DNA of 64,000 bases from the IMG/VR virus record IMGVR_UViG_3300027756_000004, one strand, 5' to 3'. The notes under the pieces are model-generated. The model made no database searches, was not told the origin of the DNA, and was given only the letters and a program-made list of their open reading frames with translations. How positions within the stretch are numbered: the first letter of the stretch is position 1; every line of letters begins with the position of its first letter. Below are positions 18,261-27,131 of this stretch, piece after piece. The stretch comes from a virus. Made by a program: the position numbers and the translations under genes.

Positions 18261-18354
18261 TCAAAATCGACCTATATCTGCCCACTTTTGACTAAATTTG
18301 TTAAATAAAGGTGATAGCCTTATCAAAACAACTAACCGTCAAGGAGACATAAAC

Positions 18355-19287
18355 ATGTCAGACAACACATCTAAATTCGAGCAAATGCTTGAAAAACTTA
18401 CCGCAGATGACAGAACCGGAGCTGAAGCCCTATTTCACGAAATAGTGGTTGAGAAGTCACGTTCGATCTACGAAAATTTATTAGAGACCGACCTTGCTGA
18501 TATCGCAGTGGAAGAAACTTCAACTGAAGAAACCCCTGTGGAAGAAGCAAAAAAAGACAAAGAAATGAAAAAAGCAGACAAAGAAGATTCTAAAAAAGAC
18601 AAAGAAGAAATGAAAAAAGAATCTACTGAAGAAGTTGCCGCTGAGACAACACAAGAAGTTGCTCCAGTAGCAGTGGCTCCAGTGACTGCTGAAGTTGGCG
18701 GAGATGCCACAGACGACATGATCGCTGACATCGAAGACGACAAAGATGCTGAAGACAAAGGTGACGAAAAACCTATGGCTGCAGACATGGAAGACAAAAT
18801 TGTTGATTTAGAAGATGCAGTGGAAGAACTAAAAGCTGAGTTTGAAAAATTAATGTCAAACGATGGCGACAAAGATGCTGAAGACAAAGGCGACAAAGAT
18901 GAAGCCACAGCAACAGAAGTTCAAGTTCCAGCTGAAGAAGTTACACCTGAAGTAGTAGCAACTACAGCACCAATAGCAACAGCAATTAAATCTGAAGAAC
19001 TTAGCGACAGAGAAAGAATGAGAGAATACGTGGACAAAGTGGCAGTGAAACACACTGACGGTTCGGACAACGCAAAATCTCCAACTCCTAAGCAAGCGAA
19101 AGGAATGGCGCAAGCTGTTGATTTCGTTGGTTCAGAAGAAAAAGGTAGACCAGCTCCAAAAGCGGAAATGCATGATGGTGGCAATATTAATACACCAGGC
19201 GCATCTATCAAGTTGGTAAAAGCTAAAGGACCAGAAACTGCTGACAAGTCAGACAATACAAAAAGTATTTTGGCTAACAAGAAATAA
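18355..19287 (+). CDS. Acidic prohead core/internal scaffold protein (gp67/gp68 position)
   Basis: Very Glu/Asp-rich, between portal and protease; AAGGAG RBS before ATG 18355; TAAATA at 18302-18307; internal DKDAEDKGD duplication. Confidence 0.7.
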   Translation: MSDNTSKFEQMLEKLTADDRTGAEALFHEIVVEKSRSIYENLLETDLADIAVEETSTEETPVEEAKKDKEMKKADKEDSKKDKEEMKKESTEEVAAETTQEVAPVAVAPVTAEVGGDATDDMIADIEDDKDAEDKGDEKPMAADMEDKIVDLEDAVEELKAEFEKLMSNDGDKDAEDKGDKDEATATEVQVPAEEVTPEVVATTAPIATAIKSEELSDRERMREYVDKVAVKHTDGSDNAKSPTPKQAKGMAQAVDFVGSEEKGRPAPKAEMHDGGNINTPGASIKLVKAKGPETADKSDNTKSILANKK

Positions 19288-19311
19288 AGTTAAGGACTAA
19301 TATAGTATAAG

Positions 19312-19932
19312 ATGTTTACATTACGCGAAACATTGTCATTTGACCAAGCAAGTTTGGTCATTGAGTCTGCTGAAGACAAAAACGGGGGCAAGAGCCTTTA
19401 CATGAAAGGTATCTGCATTCAAGGCGGCGTCAAAAACGCCAACCAAAGAGTGTATCCTGTTAGTGAAATCAGTAGGGCTGTCAACACACTCAACGATCAG
19501 ATCAAAGGTGGTTATTCAGTGTTGGGCGAAGTGGATCATCCAGAAGGCCTTAATGTTAATTTGGACCGTGTGAGTCACATGCTGTCAAGCATGTGGATGG
19601 ATGGCCCAAATGGACATGGCAAACTAAAAATATTACCTACGCCGATGGGACTGCTAGTTAAGACCATGCTGGAAAGCGGAGTCAAACTAGGAGTTTCATC
19701 GCGTGGTTCAGGCAACGTCAAAGAAGACGGATCCGGACAAGTGAGTGATTTTGAAATCATCACTGTGGACATAGTGGCTCAACCGTCAGCTCCGGGAGCC
19801 TATCCAACACCAATTTATGAACATCTTTTGAACACAAAAGGTGGTTATAGAGCTTTAAACATCGCAAGGGACACACAGGCACAAGAATACTTAAAGGAAC
19901 AACTGGTGAATATCATCAGTAAACTCCGTTAA
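19312..19932 (+). CDS. gp21: Prohead protease gp21
   Basis: GICIQG..KNANQRVYP, LGEVDHP, VSH, LGVSSRG.G, TVDIVAQPSAP.AY motifs. Confidence 0.95.
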   Translation: MFTLRETLSFDQASLVIESAEDKNGGKSLYMKGICIQGGVKNANQRVYPVSEISRAVNTLNDQIKGGYSVLGEVDHPEGLNVNLDRVSHMLSSMWMDGPNGHGKLKILPTPMGLLVKTMLESGVKLGVSSRGSGNVKEDGSGQVSDFEIITVDIVAQPSAPGAYPTPIYEHLLNTKGGYRALNIARDTQAQEYLKEQLVNIISKLR

Positions 19933-19952
19933 ACTAATTAGGAGAAAATATA

Positions 19953-21041
19953 ATGTTAGATGCACTGAAATCACTTTTTGAAAACAATGTAGTTTCCAAA
20001 GAGATCAGAGCCGAAATAGAAACAGCTTGGGCAGCCAAAATTGAAGAAAACAAAGTGGCAGCCACAGCAGAACTACGCGAAGAGTTCGCTAAGAAGTATG
20101 CACAAGACAAACAGCAAATGATTGACGCTGTGGACAAACTTGTTACAGAAAAATTAGCAACTGAGATTGCTGAGTTTGCAGATGATCGCAAACAATTGGC
20201 AGATCAGACAGCACAATACGCAGTGAATATGAAACAACATTCAGAATCATTGAAAAATTTTGTGTTTGAAAGACTTGCAGCGGAAATTCAAGAACTACAC
20301 GCAGATCAAAAAGTTGTGTCTGAAAATTTCAGCAGACTTGAAGAGTTTGTGGTAGAGGCTCTATCGAAAGAAATAGCAGAGTTTCATCAAGATAAACAAG
20401 ACCTAGCAGAAACCAAAGTACGTCTGATCAGAGAAGCCAAAGAGCATTTTGCTAAAGTTCGTAAGAGCTTTATTGAAAAGAGTTCTAAAGTGGTATCTGA
20501 TACAGTTAGCAAAGTTCTTACCAAAGAAATTGGCCAACTTAAAGAAGACATTGATTCTGCTCGTAAAAATGACTTTGGACGCAGATTGTTTGAGACATTT
20601 TCAGAAGAGTATGCTTCGAGCTACTTGAATGAAAAATCTGAAACATCTAAACTTCTAAAAGTGGTCAAGATTAAAGACCAACAAATAGAAGATGCGAAAA
20701 AAGCTGCACAAGATAACGCAAAATTGATTGAAGCCAAAGATGCAGAAATCAAATCAGCGAAAGATGCAGCAGAGAGATCAGCAGTTATTGGTGAGCTTAC
20801 AGCTCCTCTTAACACTGAGCAAAAAGAAATAATGAAAAACTTACTGGAATCAGTTCAAACAACAAAATTAAGATCAGCGTTTGACAAGTACATGCCATCA
20901 GTAATCAACGGCGGTACTGCACCAGCGAAGAAACAGGCTTTAAAAGAAGGCACAGAAATAACAGGCGACAAAACACAAACTAACGTTAGACAGGTGTTTG
21001 ACAGCAATATATTTGCTATCAGAAGACTTGCCGGTTTATAA
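19953..21041 (+). CDS. gp22: Prohead core scaffold protein gp22
   Basis: Coiled-coil Glu/Lys-rich protein between gp21 and gp23; FGRRLFETF motif. Confidence 0.85.
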   Translation: MLDALKSLFENNVVSKEIRAEIETAWAAKIEENKVAATAELREEFAKKYAQDKQQMIDAVDKLVTEKLATEIAEFADDRKQLADQTAQYAVNMKQHSESLKNFVFERLAAEIQELHADQKVVSENFSRLEEFVVEALSKEIAEFHQDKQDLAETKVRLIREAKEHFAKVRKSFIEKSSKVVSDTVSKVLTKEIGQLKEDIDSARKNDFGRRLFETFSEEYASSYLNEKSETSKLLKVVKIKDQQIEDAKKAAQDNAKLIEAKDAEIKSAKDAAERSAVIGELTAPLNTEQKEIMKNLLESVQTTKLRSAFDKYMPSVINGGTAPAKKQALKEGTEITGDKTQTNVRQVFDSNIFAIRRLAGL

Positions 21042-21067
21042 ACAAAAACAAATAGGAGACAAATAAA

Positions 21068-22237
21068 ATGTCAGAACTAACAGAAGCACGCTGGTCAGAA
21101 ACAAAAGCAGCATTGTTAGAAGGGCTAAAAGGTAACAGAAAATCTGTTATGGATGTGACTCTTGAAAATACTAGAAAGTATATCAATGAATCAGCATCAA
21201 CTGGAGCTACTTCTGCAGGCAACGTTGCTACTCTAAACAGAGTAATTCTACCAGTAATAAGACGGGTTATGCCAACTGTTATCGCCAACGAATTAGTAGG
21301 CGTGCAGCCAATGACTGGCCCAGTGGGACAAATCCACACGTTAAGAGTAAGATACGCAGAAGCATCAAGCGGTACAACTACAACTACTGCTGGTGAAGAA
21401 GCTTTATCACCGTTCAAAATCGCAGAAGCATATTCTGGCGACAACTCATCTACTAAAGCAGGTGCTACATCAGCTTTAGAAGGTACGGCTGGTAAAAAAC
21501 TATCAATCCAAATCTTGAAGCAAACTGTAGAAGCCAAAAGCAGAAAATTGTCTGCAAACTGGACCTTCGAAGCAGCTCAAGACGCTCAAGCTCAACAAGG
21601 TATCGACATCGAAGCAGAAATCATGGCAGCATTAGCTCAAGAGATTACTGCAGAGATTGACCAGGAAATCATTGGTTCATTAAGCACGTTAGCTGGAACA
21701 GCTTTCTCAACTTATGACCAACAAGGTGTTTCTGGAACTGCAACTTTCGTCGGTGACGAACACGCAGCTCTTGCTATCTTGATCAACAGAGCAGCAAACG
21801 CGATTGCACAAAGAACAAGAAGAGGCGCTGGAAACTACGCTGTAGTATCTCCAACTGCTTTAACTATCCTTCAATCAGCTACAACTTCAGCGTTCGCAAG
21901 ATCAACTGAAGGCACATTCGAAGCACCAACTAACAACAAATTAGTAGGAACTTTGAACAGCTCAATGAAAGTATACGTTAATACCTATGCAGCTAACGAC
22001 GATGTTATAGTAGGATACAAAGGTTCATCAGAAGCTGATGCTCCTGCATTCTATTGCCCATACATTCCGTTGATGTCATCTGGTGTTGTTCTTAACCCAA
22101 CTACATTCGAACCAACTGTTTCTTTCTTAACAAGATACGGTTACGTAGAATTGTCAAACACTGCGTCATCTCTTGGTAACGCAGCTGACTACTTGGCTAA
22201 AGTGGCAATAACGACTAACAACTTGTCGTTCTCTTAA
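21068..22237 (+). CDS. gp23: Major capsid protein gp23
   Basis: LP.IRRVMP..IA.ELVGVQPMTGP.GQI, KSRKL.A.WT.EAAQD, EITAEID.EI, FYCPYIPL, TRYG motifs; strong highly-expressed codon bias. Confidence 0.97.
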   Translation: MSELTEARWSETKAALLEGLKGNRKSVMDVTLENTRKYINESASTGATSAGNVATLNRVILPVIRRVMPTVIANELVGVQPMTGPVGQIHTLRVRYAEASSGTTTTTAGEEALSPFKIAEAYSGDNSSTKAGATSALEGTAGKKLSIQILKQTVEAKSRKLSANWTFEAAQDAQAQQGIDIEAEIMAALAQEITAEIDQEIIGSLSTLAGTAFSTYDQQGVSGTATFVGDEHAALAILINRAANAIAQRTRRGAGNYAVVSPTALTILQSATTSAFARSTEGTFEAPTNNKLVGTLNSSMKVYVNTYAANDDVIVGYKGSSEADAPAFYCPYIPLMSSGVVLNPTTFEPTVSFLTRYGYVELSNTASSLGNAADYLAKVAITTNNLSFS

Positions 22238-22259
22238 TAGATCGATCAGTAACAATATT

Positions 22260-22294
22260 AAAAATGGGGGGTGTCAAAACCCCTCATTTTTTTT
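22260..22294 (+). terminator. Rho-independent terminator after major capsid gene
   Basis: AAAAATGGGGGGT-GTCAAA-ACCCCTCATTTTTTTT stem-loop with U-tract. Confidence 0.85.
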
Positions 22295-22307
22295 GACTGC
22301 AACATCA

Positions 22308-22336
22308 TTGACGCAGACCAAAATATCCTATACAAT
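22308..22336 (+). promoter_or_regulatory. sigma70-type promoter for hemB
   Basis: TTGACG (22308-22313), 17-nt spacer, TACAAT (22331-22336), immediately after the capsid terminator. Confidence 0.7.
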
Positions 22337-22353
22337 ACACTTACCAAAATATT

Positions 22354-23202
22354 ATGAGCAAAGGTAACATTGTGCAAAAGATCAGACTGATACAACCTAT
22401 ATTTGTGAATGACACAGCAGATTCTCAGACCACTGTGTTGGGCGCAGACAATGCCAATCACAGTGTGAGTGGCCTAATCACCAGAATTGAACAGGATCTA
22501 GACTTGGGTCAAAAAGATTTTTTATTGTTTGTGACCACCAAACAAAAACAAAACAACAGTGATTGGAGCATGCATGCCAAAATTATTGACACCATCAAAC
22601 AACGTTTTGCCGAACGCATTCATCTCACAGTGGATGTGTGCTTGTGTGGTGTGCGTGAAGATGGTCACTGCTGTGTGCCAGATGATGCCATATTGACACA
22701 ACAACAGTTGGGCACATTGGCACAAATTTGTGTGACAGCAGGAGCAGACAGTGTGGCACCCAGTGACATGCAACCTTTCACAGTGGCCACCATCAGAGCA
22801 CTGACCAACATACCCATCATGAGTTATTCCACCAAGTTTCGCAGTGTGCAGTATGCTGCCTTTAGAGAAGTGGTGGACAGTGTGCCCAATTCTGCTCGTT
22901 GGTATCAATTGGATGTGGGGGATAGAGCATCAGCTATTAAGAGTTCCATGCGTTATGCTGCACAAGGTGCAGACTTGCTCATGGTAAAACCTGGCATGAG
23001 CAGCATAGATTTGATTCAACCCATCAAAGAAGCCACCAACAAACCTGTGGGTGTGTATCAGACCAGCAGTGAATGGCTGGCCATACAAGGACATGCTCAA
23101 ATGGATGCAATGCTGAAAGAAACTTGTGTGGTGTTTCAGCGTGCAGGCGCTGCATTCATGATATCATATGGTGCTAGATTGCTGCAAAAATTACTTAAAT
23201 AA
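22354..23202 (+). CDS. hemB: Delta-aminolevulinate dehydratase (porphobilinogen synthase), Zn-type
   Basis: DVCLCGVREDGHCC (C-x-C-x7-C zinc site), GADSVAPSDM, IMSYSTKF (first Schiff-base Lys), YAAFRE, YQLD, GADLLMVKPG (second Lys), VYQTSSEW, RAGA.F.ISY. Confidence 0.93.
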   Translation: MSKGNIVQKIRLIQPIFVNDTADSQTTVLGADNANHSVSGLITRIEQDLDLGQKDFLLFVTTKQKQNNSDWSMHAKIIDTIKQRFAERIHLTVDVCLCGVREDGHCCVPDDAILTQQQLGTLAQICVTAGADSVAPSDMQPFTVATIRALTNIPIMSYSTKFRSVQYAAFREVVDSVPNSARWYQLDVGDRASAIKSSMRYAAQGADLLMVKPGMSSIDLIQPIKEATNKPVGVYQTSSEWLAIQGHAQMDAMLKETCVVFQRAGAAFMISYGARLLQKLLK

Positions 23203-23206
23203 TTGT

Positions 23207-23488
23207 ATGGAACAGCCAACTGAAAAAGAATTAATGGAATCATATCTAGCTCAGCGCAAACAGTTGGATCAATGGATTCGACATCATCCCATGTTTGCAC
23301 ATGAAATACGTCGCATAAAAAATCAAATAGATCAAATGATGAACAAGCGTGCTGATCTGTTAATCATGTATCGTCAAACACGTCGTGAACACTATTTAGA
23401 ACAGGCTAGAATCACCCTGTTGCAAGCGCAAAATCACCTTAAAACCTTCTCAAAACTAGAGCTATTAGCCACACTGTCAAAAAGATAA
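23207..23488 (+). CDS. Hypothetical helical protein (93 aa)
   Basis: ORF from ATG 23207 (MEQPTEKEL...), TAAATA at 23196-23201. Confidence 0.6.
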   Translation: MEQPTEKELMESYLAQRKQLDQWIRHHPMFAHEIRRIKNQIDQMMNKRADLLIMYRQTRREHYLEQARITLLQAQNHLKTFSKLELLATLSKR

Positions 23489-23570
23489 ATAACTGTGCTT
23501 CAAAAATAGTTTTGAAGTTTATGCGGTTTAACCCACCGCGTATAACATAGAACGTTACAGGAGAAAACAA
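23485..23570 (+). promoter_or_regulatory. Late promoter plus structured 5' leader
   Basis: ATAAATA (23485-23491); hairpins CTTCAAAA/TTTTGAAG (23498-23517) and TATGCGGT/ACCGCGTA (23520-23542); AGGAG RBS (23559-23563). Confidence 0.55.
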
Positions 23571-23957
23571 ATGGGAAGACCAATAAACAAAACAAAACTA
23601 GGCACATACACAGGTGCCATAGGTATAAGATGTGAAGCCTACATAGGTGGATCAAATCAAAGTGATGTGTTCATTGTGAAACAAGTTGGATCTAAAAGAT
23701 TCAAAGTTCAAGATACATCAGCCTCTACAACAGCAAGAGCCAAATTAGTTGCAACCACACCAGCAGCTCTAGGAGAAATGAGAGTGACTGGTTATGTTGC
23801 AGGATCTGCATCAGGCAACTTGTCCACTATGGGCGGTACTGCCAAATATGCGGCTAAAATAACTCAACGCAGATTTATTGCCAGCACTGGTGATAGATAC
23901 AAATGGACACTTGTGAACGATTCCACAAGAGATTACATTGAATTGACTGCTATATAA
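23571..23957 (+). CDS. Small virion structural protein (possible head decoration)
   Basis: 128 aa, MGRPINK N-terminus, FIVKQ.GSKRF.V motif; own late promoter, strong RBS and 3' hairpin. Confidence 0.6.
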   Translation: MGRPINKTKLGTYTGAIGIRCEAYIGGSNQSDVFIVKQVGSKRFKVQDTSASTTARAKLVATTPAALGEMRVTGYVAGSASGNLSTMGGTAKYAAKITQRRFIASTGDRYKWTLVNDSTRDYIELTAI

Positions 23958-23965
23958 TAACACCA

Positions 23966-23985
23966 TGGGGGGAGCAATCCCCCCA
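23966..23985 (+). terminator. GC hairpin with GCAA tetraloop (terminator or mRNA-stabilising stem)
   Basis: TGGGGGGA-GCAA-TCCCCCCA, without a clear U-tract. Confidence 0.55.
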
Positions 23986-23999
23986 ACTAAAGAGAAAAG

Positions 24000-25190
24000 A
24001 TGACAAAATTTTTAAAAGTACCAAATGGAAATTACAACATAAAAGTCCAGTCTGGTGGAGAAATCAAATTGGACACAGGTGCACAATTGGGCACAGTGCG
24101 TGTCACAGGCAATCTGGTCGTGGAAGGTGACAGCACCACTGTAGAATCAGAAAATTTAGTTGTAAGAGATAATATTATAGTAATCAACAATGGCGAAGCT
24201 GGATCAGGAGTGACTCTAGGCACTGCAGGCATACGTGTGGACAGAGGCAATTTACAAAACGCCACTCTTTTATGGACAGAAGTGGCCAATGGCAATCTTC
24301 CTGCTCCATTCAATACCAACGGAGCATTTAAATTTTCTTTGGTCAATGGTGATCCATTAGGTTTAAGAACCAACAGCATCACATCAGACAACGATATTTT
24401 TTTAGATCCGGGTGGCAGTGGTGCCATAGCAACACCCAAAGTAAACTATGAAACCTATGTGACCAGTGCCAACGATATACCCAACAAAAAATATGTGGAT
24501 GATTTTGTCGTAGCATCCATCACAGGTCTAACATATCCAAAAATTCAGCGAGGCAACACCATAGTGAGAGTGTATGACACTGCTCCAGGTGTCACTGCCA
24601 ACACCATAGGTGCTGCAGGCACAGGCACTGTGGCCACACTAACATTTGCTGCACAGGCAGTGATACCTTTCAACATAGGTGAAATCATTGTGGTTTCAGG
24701 TGTGACTCCTGCGGGTTACAATGGCACCTACACTGTGACCAATTCCAGTGTGAGTTCAGTCAGTTATGCCAACGCCACCACAGGTGCTCAGACAGTGTCA
24801 GGCACAGTGAACTTACAGGGAGATGCAGCCAATCAAGCCACCATTGAAATCGACGGCGTTTTGAAGAATACTTTTTTATCCAACCAAGTGGATTTTTTAC
24901 AACAACAGATTAACCTATCAGAAGTTAGAATACAAGAAAGCACCATTTCAGCACCAGGAACCACACAGGACTTAGTGTTGCAAGCACAAGGAGTTAGATC
25001 TGTAAGGATAGATGACACACTCATGATCAAAGCCACAGGAGCCAACCCAGCACATGACGGAATCGGTTTGAAATTGTATGCAAACGCTCAAGGCACAGGT
25101 AAAACTGGATTATTTTATGTAAATACAAGCAACGTCAGAGACGAAATTATAAGCAAAAATAGGTCTTTGTTGTTCAGTATGATATTTTAG
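24000..25190 (+). CDS. Virion structural/fibre-associated protein
   Basis: VTGNLVVEG.STTV.S.NL.V.DNII..N.G motif, DIPNKKYVD, beta-rich Thr/Gly domain. Confidence 0.7.
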   Translation: MTKFLKVPNGNYNIKVQSGGEIKLDTGAQLGTVRVTGNLVVEGDSTTVESENLVVRDNIIVINNGEAGSGVTLGTAGIRVDRGNLQNATLLWTEVANGNLPAPFNTNGAFKFSLVNGDPLGLRTNSITSDNDIFLDPGGSGAIATPKVNYETYVTSANDIPNKKYVDDFVVASITGLTYPKIQRGNTIVRVYDTAPGVTANTIGAAGTGTVATLTFAAQAVIPFNIGEIIVVSGVTPAGYNGTYTVTNSSVSSVSYANATTGAQTVSGTVNLQGDAANQATIEIDGVLKNTFLSNQVDFLQQQINLSEVRIQESTISAPGTTQDLVLQAQGVRSVRIDDTLMIKATGANPAHDGIGLKLYANAQGTGKTGLFYVNTSNVRDEIISKNRSLLFSMIF

Positions 25191-25196
25191 GAACGT

Positions 25197-25520
25197 ATGG
25201 CTATTAATAACGCACAAATGAGCACAGGAGCACCGGTGGAATTCACAGTATCCGCAGGGCAAAGCTGGGCATTTACCACCATAATGATTTGCAACAAAGG
25301 CAGTGGTGCTGCAACTTTTTCCGTGTATGCAGTGTTATCAGGTGAAGCAGTGTCAGATACTAAAAATAAAATTGTTAACACAGCCAGTGTTGATGCTAAC
25401 GATACCTTTGTGATGGACAGCGAAAAATTAATATTGGAGGCGGGTGACAAATTGTCATTTCAACAGATCGGTGGCACCAATGGTGACTTGCTGGTGACAG
25501 TGAGTTACATTGTAGTGTAA
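25197..25520 (+). CDS. Small virion protein (paralog family with 33881 and 47891)
   Basis: 107 aa; TTIMICN...A.F....EKLIL.AGD.L........VTVSY pattern shared with the other two. Confidence 0.7.
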   Translation: MAINNAQMSTGAPVEFTVSAGQSWAFTTIMICNKGSGAATFSVYAVLSGEAVSDTKNKIVNTASVDANDTFVMDSEKLILEAGDKLSFQQIGGTNGDLLVTVSYIVV

Positions 25521-27085
25521 TGAGATATATCAAAAGACAGACCACTAATTCACAAACATTTGGCGGACGAGGCATCAATTATGATGCTCAAGAACTCACA
25601 GTGATAGACAGTGCTAGTGCATTGTTGTTGCCCAAAGGCACCACTGGAGCAAGGCCCACTGCACAAGAAGGCATGATCCGTTACAATACCACCACACAAA
25701 ATTTTGAAGCCTATGAAGCAAGTGCTGCATTTGGAACTCCTGGTTGGAAAAAATTTAGAACAGATGAACCCAAACTTATTCATGCACAAAATTTAGGCAA
25801 TGGTGACAACGTGGAAAAATTATTTGGACCATTGGATGCCAATGATGCTGCAACTCCAGTGCCCAGCGCACCAGCACAAGTGTTGTGTATGGTGGAAAAC
25901 GTGTTGCAGATTCCCACTACCAACTATACATTCTTACAAAATCCTTGCTATGTCAGCAGCAATGTTATATCATTTTGGGCCAACATTGCCACGTCAGGCA
26001 AAACTGGTGCAGGTGCATTTGCTCCTGGCGTTTCAGCCATGTTCAGCAACAATTCAGCAATAGTAAATTTTTCCACTGCAGGATTTTACGTGGGGCAAAC
26101 TATTTTTGTATCAGGCAGCACCAACAACAGAGGATTTTTCACAGTGGCATCTGTTTCTGCTACTTTTTTATCAATCAACCAAGCATTTATAAATGAAAAC
26201 GATCCTGGCTATGGCACAGTATCAACTGTAGAAGGATTAGTGAATCAATCAGTGCAGACTGGCACTTATACACAAACATTGGACTCCACAGCAGACACAA
26301 TACAGATCAGCAGCACCGCAGGATTAGAAGTGGACAACATGATTATATTTGATACCACTTCAGGCAACATTGTGGCAGACACCATATATTTTGTAAAAAC
26401 TATCAATGCAGGAGCCAATCAGATCACCATCAGCGCCACAGCAGGAGGCAGCACATTTGACTTGTTAGATGCCAATACTCCCGGCAACTGGTGTGCTGGA
26501 GTGGGCTATGGCAGACAACCATCCGGTAGTTCTGTTGCCACTGCCACTTTTGCTCCGCAAACATTGACCACCACAGCAGCTTCAGGCAATGGTGCCACAG
26601 CTACTTTGTCATTTGCTACACAAGCATTGCCTCCGTTCTACGTGGGACAAACTATTTCAATTTCTGGAGTGACACCCAGCGGCTATGTGCCTGTAGGAAA
26701 CACAGCCGTGGTCACAGCATGCACAGTGAGTTCTGTGAGCTACAGCAATATCACCACAGGTGCACAAACAGTAGCGGGCACTGTGACTGCAGCAGGCAAT
26801 GCAATCACATTGAACAGTACTGCAGGTATGTCAGTAGGTCAAGAAATTAGTTTTGTAGGCACAAACTTTGGAAATTTAGTTGATCAAACCACTTATTTTA
26901 TAAAACAAATACTGGATGGCACACATTTGACCATCAGTGCTACCTACGGTGGTTCTGTGTTTGTTTTAACTCTTGCAGCAGGCTACATGCAAGTGTCCAC
27001 ATTGGGTAATAACCTGTATGTTAATTTCGGCTCCCCAGTGCCTTCAGGCAAGCCTGTGACTGTGCTGCACAATTTTGACAAATAG
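25520..27085 (+). CDS. Tail fibre/virion structural protein
   Basis: LPKGTTGARP...EGMIRYNTT..NFE.Y shaft motif; repeated 'STAG..VG..I.F.......TYF.K.I......ISAT.GG' beta-barrel modules. Confidence 0.7.
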   Translation: MRYIKRQTTNSQTFGGRGINYDAQELTVIDSASALLLPKGTTGARPTAQEGMIRYNTTTQNFEAYEASAAFGTPGWKKFRTDEPKLIHAQNLGNGDNVEKLFGPLDANDAATPVPSAPAQVLCMVENVLQIPTTNYTFLQNPCYVSSNVISFWANIATSGKTGAGAFAPGVSAMFSNNSAIVNFSTAGFYVGQTIFVSGSTNNRGFFTVASVSATFLSINQAFINENDPGYGTVSTVEGLVNQSVQTGTYTQTLDSTADTIQISSTAGLEVDNMIIFDTTSGNIVADTIYFVKTINAGANQITISATAGGSTFDLLDANTPGNWCAGVGYGRQPSGSSVATATFAPQTLTTTAASGNGATATLSFATQALPPFYVGQTISISGVTPSGYVPVGNTAVVTACTVSSVSYSNITTGAQTVAGTVTAAGNAITLNSTAGMSVGQEISFVGTNFGNLVDQTTYFIKQILDGTHLTISATYGGSVFVLTLAAGYMQVSTLGNNLYVNFGSPVPSGKPVTVLHNFDK

Positions 27086-27131
27086 CATTTGCACATCCTA
27101 AAATAAATACAATACAAAACAAGGAAATTAA

